64,000 nt of DNA, taken from positions 372,001 to 436,000 of the forward strand of contig LSRY02000035.1 in the NCBI GenBank assembly GCA_001643675.2, read 5' to 3'. Under the pieces are notes generated by a model. That model made no database searches, was not told the DNA's origin, and was given only the letters and a program-made list of their open reading frames with translations. Positions 25,891 through 37,361 of the stretch are shown one piece after another. The position numbers and the translations under genes are program-made. Position 1 is the first letter of the stretch, and each line of letters opens with the position of its first letter. Source of the DNA: Monocercomonoides exilis PA203 (lineage: Eukaryota > Protista > Preaxostyla).

Positions 25891-28800
25891 AAGAAGAAGA
25901 AGAAGAAGAAGAAGAAGAAGAGAGATGATGAAGCTTCGGTGAATTAGGGGCAGACGAATGAGTTATGATTGATGGATGAGTTAATTGGCTTAATTGTGAT
26001 AATTGAGTGGGAGGAGGAGGAGGAGGGAGGTTGGAGATGGATAGAAGAGAAGGAGGGGTAGAAGAAGAAGAAGAAGAAGATGATGATGATATCTGTGTAT
26101 TAACTTGTAATGAATGAGAAGGTTGTGATGATTGTGATGAATGTGAATATTGTGATGAATGAGCAACATATGTATCAGATGAAGTGTGTTGTGGTGTCTG
26201 AGTCATTTGTGAGTGATCAACGCAGATGGAGTCGGTGGAGAGAGAGGAAGATGCGTCTATGGCGGAAATACGCAGTGATGATGATGGAGAAGAAGAAGAG
26301 GAAGAGGTAGAGGAAGAGGAAGAAGAAGAAGAAGAAGAGGAGGAGGAGGAGGAAGAAGAAGAAAGAGAAGGAGAAGAAGGTGTAGATGAGGTAGTTGATG
26401 ATGATGATGATGAGGAGGAGGAGGAGGAAGAAGAGGAAGAGGAAGAAGAAGAAGAAGAAGAAGAAGAAGAAGAAGAAGACGATGAAGTTAGAGTTGAAGA
26501 CAACGACAAAGGCAAAGAGGCAGCAGTAGTAGCAGTAACAGCTGTATTAGCTGTGTTAGCAGTATTAGCAGATATCAATGAAGCAGAAGGAGAAGAAGCA
26601 ACAATTGGCTTAAGGAGCATAGAAGAAACAGAAGAAGAAGAAGAAGAAAGAGGAGAAGAAAGAGAAGAAGAAGAAAGAGAAGAAGAAGGAATGGAATAAG
26701 AAGAAGACATAGGAGAAGGAGAAGAAGAAGAAGCTGAAGCTAAAGCTAAAGAAGGAGGGGCAGAGGGAAACATAGAATTCAATGGATAAGATGAGCTGAT
26801 AGATGAAGCAGGTGAAGAAGAAGAAGAAGAGGAGGAGGAGGAAGAAGAAGAGGAGAAAGAAGATAAGGAAGAAGGCAAAGAAGGCAAAGGAGAAGAAGAA
26901 GAAGAAGAAGAAGATGATGATGATGAAGAAAGAGGAGAAGAAGAATTAGGATTAATATTTGAAGAATAAGAAGGAGGAGGAAGAGAAAGAGGAAGCGAAA
27001 GGGAAAGAGGAAGAGGAAGAGGGGTGGATGTTGTTGGGGAAGGATAAGGAGAAGAAGAGCTAATAGAATTATTGGGTGTTTGAAGAGCAGAAGACAAATA
27101 AGGAGAAGAAATATGAGGATTGGCAGCAAGAGCAGAGAAGAGCGAAAGGTTGCTGATGTTAGCATTGGCATTGGCATTGGCATTGGCATTGGCATTGGCA
27201 TTGGCATTGGCATTGGCATTGGCATTGGCATTGGCATTGGCATTGGCATTAGCAGTAACACTGGAATTTATATTGGCATTGATATTGTTAATGCTTGGAA
27301 GATGCAAAGATTGAAGAGGGAGAGGAAGAGGAAGAGAATGAGAAGGAGAAGGAGAGAAAGAAAGAGAAGAAGAAGAAGAAGAAGAAGAAAGAGAAGAAGG
27401 AATAGCAGCATTCAAAAAGGAAGAGGCGACAGAAGAAGAGGTGGAGAGAGGTGAAGGAAAAGGAGAAGAGGAAGAAGAAGCTAATTGAAGCTGGCTTTGC
27501 GAAGAAGCAGGAGGAAGACAAGAAGAAGCAGAAGAATGAGGAAGCGACAAAGAAAGAGACAAAGAAAGAGAAGAAGAAGAAGAGGAGGAAGAGGAAGAAG
27601 AAGAAGAAGAAGAAGCAGTTGTGGAGGAGGTAGAAATTACAGAGTTGATAGAAGGAATAGAAGCAGCAGAGGAGGACGAGAGGACGGAAGAGGAGGTGGA
27701 AGAGGCAGTGGCTGGACGAGAAATGGGAGGAGGAGGAGGAGGAAGAGAAAGATTAGAAGAAGAAGAAGAGGAAGAAGAAGAGAAGGAAGAAGAAGGATAA
27801 GAGGAAGAAAAGGAAGAAGAAGAAACAGAGGTTGGAGGAGGTGGAAGAAGAGTTCCAAACTGTGGTGCTGGATAAGAAGGGACATATTGTTTGATAGCAG
27901 ATAATGTGGAAGAGGAGGAAGAAGAAGAGATAGAAGAAGAAGAAAACGTAGGAGAAGAAGAAGGAGATGACAACAAAGAAGATGATATAGGATGTTCATT
28001 AACGAGATATGGTTGATGGAGAAGAGAAGAAGAAGAAGAAGAAGAAGAATTAGAAGAAGCAGAAGAAGAAGAAGAAGAAGAAGAAATAGAAGCAGAAGAA
28101 TTAGGATCAGATGATAACGCAACAGGAACAAAGGCAGAGGAAGAGCTTTGCATAGAAAGAGGAGAAGAAGAAGCAGGCAAAGAGAGAGAGAGAGAAAGAG
28201 AAGAGAGATTTTGAGTGTTATACAAATTGGTCGAAAGAAGGCTGTTTGCATTGTTGGAAGGCAAAAGGGGGTTGTTTGATGGAAGAGAAGGTTGGTTTAT
28301 TCGGTGAAATTGAGAAGAGGAAGAGGAAGAAGAAGAAGAAGATGATAATGATAATGAAGGAGAGGAGGTAGCAGAAGAAGGGGTAGAAGATACATAGGAT
28401 GGGATGTAGCTGTGATGTTGAGGCATAGCACCAGAAACAATAGAGGAAGAAGAAGAAGAAGAAGAAGAAGAATTCACAATCGGATAAGGAGAAGGAGAAG
28501 GCAGCAACGCATCAGAAGTCATTGAAAGGTGCTGCTGTTGTTGATACAGTTGCTGCTGCGGTTGCAAAGATTGTGATTGAAGCTGTTGTTGTTGTTGTGG
28601 TTGTGTGTGTGATGTGAGGAATGGATGAGATGGCTGATGTGAAAGGGCCAGAGTGGGTTGTGGGATATGAACAGGATAATGAGACTGGGGAGGTTCTAAT
28701 AGAGAAGAAGAGGAAGAAGAAGAAGAAGAGGAAGAAAGAGAAGAGGAGGAAGAAGAAGAAGATAACGAAGTCAATGAAGATAATGAGGTTGTTGATGAAG

Positions 28801-30664
28801 ATGACATGGAAGAAGGGTTAGCAGATGCAGCAAAAGGCGATGATTGCATAAGAGAATTCGAAGCAGGAGGAAACAACGTTCTGCCTCTCATGCCATTTGT
28901 TGCAATAGAAGAAGCAGATAATGAAGACAATGAAGATAATGAAGATAATGAAGATAATGAAGATGAAGAAGGCATAGAAACAGAAGCAGAAGCAGAAGCA
29001 GAAGCAGAAGCAGATGCTGGTGTAGATGCAGAAGCAGTCACAGGAACAATTGGCAGACCTGAGAGAGAAGAGGAAGGGGTTACATGGATAGGAAGAGGCT
29101 GTGTGAGTGAAATGGGTGCAGAAGGCGCATATGCTGTTACTGGAGCTGATGACGATGATGATGATGATGATGCTGTTGTTGTTGGTGTTGTCATGTGTGG
29201 CATAGAGACAGTGTTTGAGGGAGTGAGTGAGCTGATATACGATGGATGTGATGGGTGTGATGGATGTAATGGATTCGATGAATGCGAAGGGTACGAAGGA
29301 TGAGAAGGATGAGAAAAGTGAGATGGATTAGACGGATGAGATGGATGTGAAGAACGAGAAGAAGGCATTGCTTGGCTTGACAAATCAGAAAGTGTTTGTG
29401 TTTGTGATTGTGATTGAGGCTGAGGCTGGGGTTGAAGCTGAGGCTGAAGCAGATGCTGGTGCTGTGGCGGTGGCTGAGATGCATTTATTGATGGCAGCTC
29501 TTTAACATCAGAACCAGAGACAGGCTCGCCAATGCTGCTCTGCTGTGCCATCGACTGCCGGCGGTCGGCTTTGCCCCATCCGCCTGCTTGTGCTCCACGC
29601 AGCTTGCCAGAAGAATCCAGACGCTCTGTTTGAGAGCCTGATGATGATGACGATGAAGAAGAAGAAGATGAAGAAGAAGAAGAGGAGGAGGAGGAGGATG
29701 AAGATGATGCTCCAAAAGGCGTTGCTGCTTCTTCCTCAGCGCCTGGTGTGTCTGCAGATCCTCCCTTGGCTATCTGCTCGCGAAGCATCAAATCTTTCAG
29801 CCGTTTCTTCTTCATCTCTTCAGTCTCGGCATAACGAATGCTCAGAGGCGCGGCTCCGAATTGCCACTGAAGCCCCTGCAACGCTTTCATCGCTGTGTTT
29901 GCCTCTTCAAGTGTTTTAAATCTGTTTGTTGTGAAATTTTTATGATTGATTAAGAAAGAATGATTTTTTTAAAGATAAGCATTTTTTTCAATAAATATTC
30001 TCAAAATAATATAATACAACCTTACAAAGCCAATTTGCTTTGACGTTTGAGTTTCTCTATCCATTATTACCTTTACGCCTTCGATCTTTCCGTAAGGCTG
30101 AAATAATTTTTTCAAATCGTCTGTTCAAATAAAAAGTTACGTGATTGAAAAATCAAAATTGTTAACAAACTTTCTCTCGTTCCAGGAAGCAAGGGTTTTA
30201 CATATAAATTTGTGTTTGCAACTGAATTGCTTGTTTGCTTCGGAAGATTCGAATATTTTACCAAAAGAACTTTATTCAACAATTTTCTCCCATTCATAGT
30301 ACGAAGAGCTGTTGCAGCATCTTCCTTATTCACAAATTTAACAAATCTTATTGTTTTAAAGGCAATACAAAAATTATTAAATATTTTTACAAAATGAAAG
30401 AAAAATGAAGTTTTGATAAAAGCAAACCCAAATCCGAGACTTTCTTTTGTATTCTTGTCAATCTAATATGACACAAGCAAACACATGTTCATTCGCTATA
30501 AAATGAAAATATTCAACAATACAAACCATGACTTTTGCGGAAACGATCGGACCGAAATCTTCGAAAATATGTTGAACTTGGTCATCGAGGTATTCATGGG
30601 GCAAGTACTTGACAAATAAATTGTAGGGGTCAAGGTCTTCATCGTCTACCGCATCTGACGACAT
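14612..30664 (-). CDS. Giant RNA-binding protein: two N-terminal RRMs (ELAV/Sxl/RBMS-like) plus ~5,000-aa Ser-rich low-complexity region, 5 exons
   Basis: Spliced RRM1 (NLFVKYLP..SLGFGFVKF) and RRM2 (TNLYVKPL..KQIGFVRF..PLSIRYAE) come from four short exons in 30664-30023. They join in frame to the ~15.3-kb open exon. Confidence 0.85.
25861..25920 (+). repeat. Perfect (AAG)20 trinucleotide microsatellite encoding poly-Ser on the minus strand
   Basis: Directly visible. It is one of many TCT/TCC/TCA runs in the large ORFs. Confidence 0.9.
27162..27254 (+). repeat. Hexanucleotide tandem repeat (GCATTG)n, ~15 units, encoding (Ala-Asn)n in the RRM protein
   Basis: Directly visible near-perfect array. 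Confidence 0.95.
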
Positions 30665-30895
30665 TGTTTCGGAACTTTTGCGGGAAAATAGAAATCGCCC
30701 ACAATGATTAAAAACTTAAATAATGGCTTTTAATTGCGAATATTCAAAGATTGTTTATATTTATATAAGTATCATCAAAGCATATCGATACGAAAAGAAA
30801 AACACGAAATATAATAATTTAAATTTTTCCAATAAAAAAAGATCACAAAAAATTCTGAAAATTTCTTCAAATTGAACCGAGTCATTTAAGATCTT

Positions 30896-32242
30896 ATGAT
30901 TACTTCAATAGAGGTGCATATTACTTTGAAAATTATTTATTAATTTTATTTCAACTTACGAATTTCCAGGAAGAATTGGTCAAAATTTTTCTGAAAGATT
31001 TGAAGAAACCAAATCGTCACGGAGCATTAAAACGTACAAGAGAAGTACGAAAAGCAATTATGGAAGGTGTGCTCCCTCAAATATATTTTATAATTCGTTT
31101 TACTTGATGAACGGAATAGATCAACTTTTACCTGAAGCTATTCTTCGAACACCAATTATTCCAGAAATTGTGAGCATCATTCGTTCACAAAATTTTCATC
31201 CCTATCGAGTTTGCAATTTCTTTGAAGGATTTTAAATATCTTTTCCTTTCCTTTCCTTTTTTATAAGATTGAGTTGGAATTAATTTTATTTTCTTTAAAT
31301 CAAAAAATGAAAAACAGGAGCGCTGATAATTTGAGTAACTTAAAAGTCCAAATGAAAGAACTTATGAATGCTCACAAAGTATTTGCTATCAAATTTTCTG
31401 TTTTAAACATTTTTGACTTTTATTTAGACTGCAATAGGTCGTCCGCCTTCGCAACCTCATACAAATAGCGATGTACTTCTTGCATCACTAACGTTTGATT
31501 TCTAGTCAATTTTTTGTCAGAGAAGAAAAATCATTATTTTTATGTTCATTTGAATATATGTATTTTTGAAACAATTTTTTGTTCTTTGAAACGGTATGTT
31601 GTTGAAAAATCAAAATATTTTCATTTTTTAATATATCAGAGAAACCAATCCTACTGTTGTCTATCGTTCATTGAATGAAATCCGTGCTATCATCGCATCA
31701 AATCCACGCAAAGTGCGCGGCTTTGTCGATTCCGGGCTTCTTCCTCTGTTGGAAGTTCCTTTGATGACCAACAACACCAACGTCATTCGGGAGATAGCGC
31801 TGCTGCTAGCGAACATCTGCTTCTACCCGCCCGCTCTTTACATTCTGATACAATCAGAGTGTGTCGACCATGTGTTTACGCTTCTGCACCGCTTTGACGG
31901 GAGAGAAGGCAAAGAATACAACTCTCGTTTCAACCAGGTGCTTCTATCGATCCTGTTCAACATGACGCAGTTTGCGTCTGTGGTTCAGATGGAGACGCTG
32001 GTGAGCAAAGGCCTCCTGAACACAATGAAGAAGTGCATCGACGATGTGATTGTGTATGCCAGAAGTCTTGCTGATGGAGATGGGCAGGCAAACGGTGCAT
32101 CATCAAAGACATCAACAGCATCAGCAGCATCAGCAGTGGAGCCAATGGAAATGGTAAGCAGCGAAGAGGAAAAGAAAACAAGTGGCAAGGAAAATAATGA
32201 TGCAAATAATAAAGATCAGGTGAATAGCAATTCAGCATCTGA

Positions 32243-32300
<58 letters not shown>

Positions 32301-35300
32301 GAACCACATTCGCCAGAGTATTATGTTGCACTCTCTGAGTCAATGAAAGCCGAGTCAACATCTTCTTCTGGTTCTGCTTCTTCTTCAGCTTCTTCTTCTT
32401 CAAGTGAATCTTCCGATTCTCCTTCGCCCAGCAACTTCATATATTACAACAAGAAACCATCCAGCGGAGAGAACAAATCATCATCACAAGCACAATCATC
32501 ATCTTCTTCATCATCAACTTCCTCCTCCTCCTCTTCCTCCTCTTCTATTATCGACCCCCAGTCATCCACGCAAGCACCAAACACAGGCAGTTCCATCTCC
32601 ATTCTGCTGTCAATTGCGCTGGGCATCATAGAGAATGTAGCTATTGGTGGGCTGAAAGGGCAGAATCCAATGATGAGCAACCGATTCCACAGTGAGTTTG
32701 AGCAGAGCGGAGTGCTGAAGCAGCTGGAAGACATGGTCATCAACAAGAACAGAATGTGTGCTTCTTTTGAGACAGAAGTGAAAAAGGATGAAGCCGATCA
32801 AAATCAAAGCCAATCATCATCATCTTCTTCTTCATCTTCTTCCAAATCCTCTTCAAACAAACTCGAACTCCCACCCAGTCCAACTGTATTCCCCATCACC
32901 TGCCTCCCCTTTTCGTGCCATTGCCAAGTTGCCTCTGTTGCTGTCGCGTCTGCTCTCAATTCACAGCCCATCCCTTCTTCATTGGCCACTCCATTGCTTT
33001 CTTATTTGAATGAGCTGGTTGAGTCGGATATTGTGGCAAAGCAGAGGAGAGCGAGCGCTGTGCTGTTCTTTTTGTCGTTTTGTGATGGTGTGCTGTTGAA
33101 GAGTTGCATTTTTTAAAAGGGAAATTTATTATTATTATTATTATTATTTTTTTTTCTTTCTGTTTTCCTGTTCAATGAATGATTAAATGCCTTAATATTT
33201 GCTTAAATTACAAAACACTGCGAATGACTGAAATACCAATCTTCAATAGACAATCACGAAATAATGCTTAAATCGAAGATTCTGCCTCAGCTTTACAAGT
33301 TTTTCAAGTATGAACAATAATATATGTTTTTTTTTTTTTAACAAATTTGTTTATTTGAACTTCAAATTTTCTTAAATTTGTTTCTCTTCTACTTTAAAAT
33401 TAAAATTATTAAAAAAATTTTTTTCTAATTGAATTTTCTTTTCCATACACAAAAAAATCTGAATCAGATCGAATGATACGAAGACAGTCAACAATGCAAT
33501 CAACATCTTTACGAGACTCATTCTTCCAGGCATAGACATCGATGACACAGAATCTGTAATGACACAATTGGCTGGTATGTTAACAGAAATAGAACATCCT
33601 ACAAATTTTTTGTTTTTTTTATTTTTATATTGCTTTTTTTTCAAAGAAAGAAAAAAGAAAAAGAAATATTCTGTTATTGTTTCTGTGTTTTGTGTGCAAA
33701 TTTCAACAAATTCACATTTCTTTTCTTTCTGCAATTTATTCATTCCTTCATAAATTACCAACTTCCTTTCCCCACTCAATCCCTTCAGTACTTGGATCTC
33801 TCGACAACGAAGACGAGTCATCGTCATTCCGAATGAGTGAAATGCTTCCTCAATTCGCTCTGATGCAGCAGCGTGTAGCATTTGCAATCAAAGAAGACGC
33901 ATTCTCCCATCTTGCTGTGCTTCTGACGCCTCGCTTTGAGACAAAATCTGACGTGAAGATGCGTCTGAAGCAGATGAAGGAGCAAGGCGCGAGCATCGCA
34001 GAAGGAGACGAAGAGCCGCAGCAGATGAACAAGCGGAGCATTCTCCAGAGTGTCATCATCATCCACCGGATGCTCCTCCACGCGCCTGTGCCACGCGAAG
34101 CTGTCAAGTGCTTCCTGAAATCTCCTCTTCCAGTCCATCTCTTCCCTCTTCTCCACACTTCAGATCTTTCTCAGATCCAGTCAAGGGAGAAGCTGTTGGT
34201 GTACAAGGAGAACGAAAGAGAGTGTGTTTTGAGTATGTTTGTGGGAGAAGTGATTGATGCCATTGTAGCCAACAGCTCAGCAGACGAGCTGGCGATTGCG
34301 ATGGAGAAAGGGCTGATGAAGGCATTGCAAGTGCTGATGGAGAAGGAGACACACAAACTGAGTGCTGAATTAGAAAAGGCAACACGGGCGAAGGAAAAGA
34401 GGAGGAAGAAAGAGGCGATGAAGGAAGAAGCAGAGAAGAAAGAAGAAGAGAAAGGAGCAGATGGCTCTTCTTCATCTGCTGCTGCTTCTGTTGCTGCTGG
34501 TGGAGGAAGTGAGTCAGTTGCAACAGCACAAAAAATAGCAGAGCCTGAAGGCAAATGGGGTGAAGAGGGAGATGGCAAGCCATGGTACGAGAAAGAGGAA
34601 GACGACAATATCAATGTTCTGGACGAGACAAAAGAGGAGGACTTGTCTTTGCTCAACATTTCTGTGCGAAATCTGCTGAGGATTGCACAAATTGGCGTGG
34701 AAGATGCAGAAATACGCGATGGATTCTCGATACATGGGCTGTTTTCTGAATATGCGAAGGATAAAAACGAAGAGGATGAGGAAGAAGATAAAGAAAACAA
34801 TGAAAATGCTAAGCAAGATCAATCTGCATCTGAAGAGGAAGACAAAGAAAGAGCGAACAGAGAGAAGAACAAGGAGGAAGAGAAGAAGAGGCAGCAGTCA
34901 GTGGATGAAAAGTACTGTGCCTGTGTTGCATCACAGCAATGCCACAAGAATAGATTCCATTCATTTGTGGATGCAGAACAGCTGCTGAAGTCTCTGGATT
35001 CACTTGTTGTGTACCAAGTGAAGCGGGAGTGTTTTGAATTTGACTCAGAAATCGAACAGATTGAGAAGAAGAGGAAAAAAGTGGAGGAAGAGCGGAGGAA
35101 GAGAGGGATGCGCGAGGGAGTTGCGCAGCGGCTGAGGCGAATGACTGATCCGTTTGCACTGAAAGGGAAAGGGGGAAGTGCGCAGATGCCCACAAACTTT
35201 GATGCATTTGATCAGTTTGACGAGCGCATTCTGTCCAGAGTGGATGAAAGAGGGGTGTGTGCTTATCTGATGTTCAACAAGGCGATCTACCTGGAGACGC

Positions 35301-35990
35301 TGCAGGCGAAGAAAGTGGTGCCGATATTGGCAGCCAAGATTAATGCGACGAATCTCGAATCCGCTGAGAACTGCATCGCGGCTGCGTGTGCAATGGCGGA
35401 GAATGATGGTTTGTGGAGGGGTAATGAAGAAATTATTTTGTGAATGTGATAATTTTTTTTCTTCTTTTGGTGAAAAATTTTGTATATTTTTCCTGTTAAT
35501 TATGATGTTTTTAATGTTGTTAACTTTTGAATCAAATGAGATGAAAACGAGTTTTCGCGAATATTTCATATTTTTATTTCTTTCTTTTTTTCTTTTTCTC
35601 TACAATTTTTTAAAATCATATTTTATTTTAAACATTCTTCCAGGCAATCGCGCATATTCCATTGACCTTGGTATCCTTCCACCTCTCTTCCGTGTCCTTT
35701 CGTGCCCCGACCCTCTTGTCGTGTCCTCTGCGCTGCGTGCTCTGTATCTCCTGTCTCTTCCTGCTGATGAGATCCGCCTGTCCACAGAAAGAGCGCAGAT
35801 GTCGCTGGAAGAAAGGAGAGCAGCCGAGTATGAAGCAGCTGGGCCCGACAGCCCGTTGGACTTTGTGTTTGACGGTGCGATAAAGACAGAGAATATTTCT
35901 CTGGACACGCTGGGGCAGCTGGCAGAGGAGTCGAAGAACGGGATGATTAAGAGGTGGGCGAAGCTTGTGGAGAAAAGACTGTCAACGTGA
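30896..35990 (+). CDS. Armadillo-repeat protein, ~11 exons including a 5-nt microexon
   Basis: ARM-like segments FVDSGLLPLLEVPL..VIREIALLLANI, LVSKGLLNTM and IDLGILPPLFRVLSCPDPLVVSSALRALYLLS. Ten GT-AG introns link ATG 30896 with ORFs 31671-33116, 33677-35443 and 35343-35990 in frame. Confidence 0.78.
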
Positions 35991-37361
35991 TGATATTGTT
36001 TTGCATTGGGTTGGTTTATTTTTATTTAAATTTAATAAAAAATTTAAAGTATTTGATTCAAAGTTAGTTTCTTAGTGGGATAAGCGTAACTTTATTTATT
36101 TATTTATTTTTTTATTTAGCTCATTTTGTTTATTTAAAACATTATTTGCTGAACTCTTTCTATGTGTTCAGTGAAAGTTGCCTTTTGCTTTGGTTTTTTA
36201 ATAAAAAAAACATTCAATTGATTTCTTTTATTTCCATTTTGAGTCACAATCAGAACAATTCCATGGAACAGTAACAGTAAAAGGGATTATATTTTTTCTT
36301 TTCTTTTCTTTCTTTCTACATATTTAAGATTATTTCATTATGAATATAAAAAAGTGAAATTTCATAAAGAAAAAATTTTATTTAAAAAAGTTTTAGCAGA
36401 AAATTTACAAATTATTTAAAATAAAATTGGTATGTGGAGATAATAAAGAGTCCAAGAGAATCGCTTTGACTGAATAAATCAGGCGATCAAATAAAAAGAT
36501 AAATAATGAAATAAAATAGAAAATGAAAAATGAAACTGACAAACAAAATATAAAAAAAAACGTCAAAAGATAACTTAAAAAAAAACACCCCAAAAGCTTA
36601 GAGCAATTAATCAAACATATTGTATCCTTTATAAAAGTATCAAAAAAAAAAAAAAAGCTTCACATTATGAAAACAAAATAGTAATAAAATTGCAATTTCG
36701 ACCATGAGCAGAAAATCACATGAATACAAAATGAAAGACAGTAAACAGCAATGTCGCAAAATAAACTGCAAAGAAAAGAAGGAATTCTCTTTGAAATATC
36801 AATTTGTAAACCTGAAAAGAAAGCATATGTGAAATCAGCAGCTTTTCATTCATTCATTCATTCTTTCTTTCTTTCTTCTTGTTCAGAACATAACATTTGG
36901 TATGATGTTGTTTCTTTCTTTAAAGTCTCTTTCTCTTTCTCTTTCTCTTTCTCCCTTTCACTCACCTGTACAAGTTAAACATCACAAAAGCACAAACAAT
37001 CAAACAAACACAAGCACACACAAAAATAAACGAACTTAAATAAAAAAAATGTTCCCAAAATGACTAATGTATCCACATCCATCCTCTGCTGACGATCACT
37101 CTTTGTCACATAAAAATATATATTGCCCTATCGCAACCTCATTCACAGCTTTCAATTCTTCTCCTTTCTCCTCAATTGAACAAAAACAACATTTAAAAAA
37201 AAAAATAAATGATAAGTTTAAAATTAAATAAAAATAAAATTTACAGAAAGGAAAGTGCAATAAAAAAAAATAAACAATTTCTGGTATTTCAATTGTTGCT
37301 TGATAAAGTTGATGATAGCAGAACTCAGCAAGCAAGCAAAATAAATGGAAAGATAAGTATT

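Noticed and set aside
4500-29900. Hundreds of short overlapping and antisense ORFs (poly-Glu, poly-Leu, poly-Lys, poly-Phe)
   Set aside because: These are shadow frames of stop-poor triplet repeats within the two giant genes. There is no independent coding evidence.
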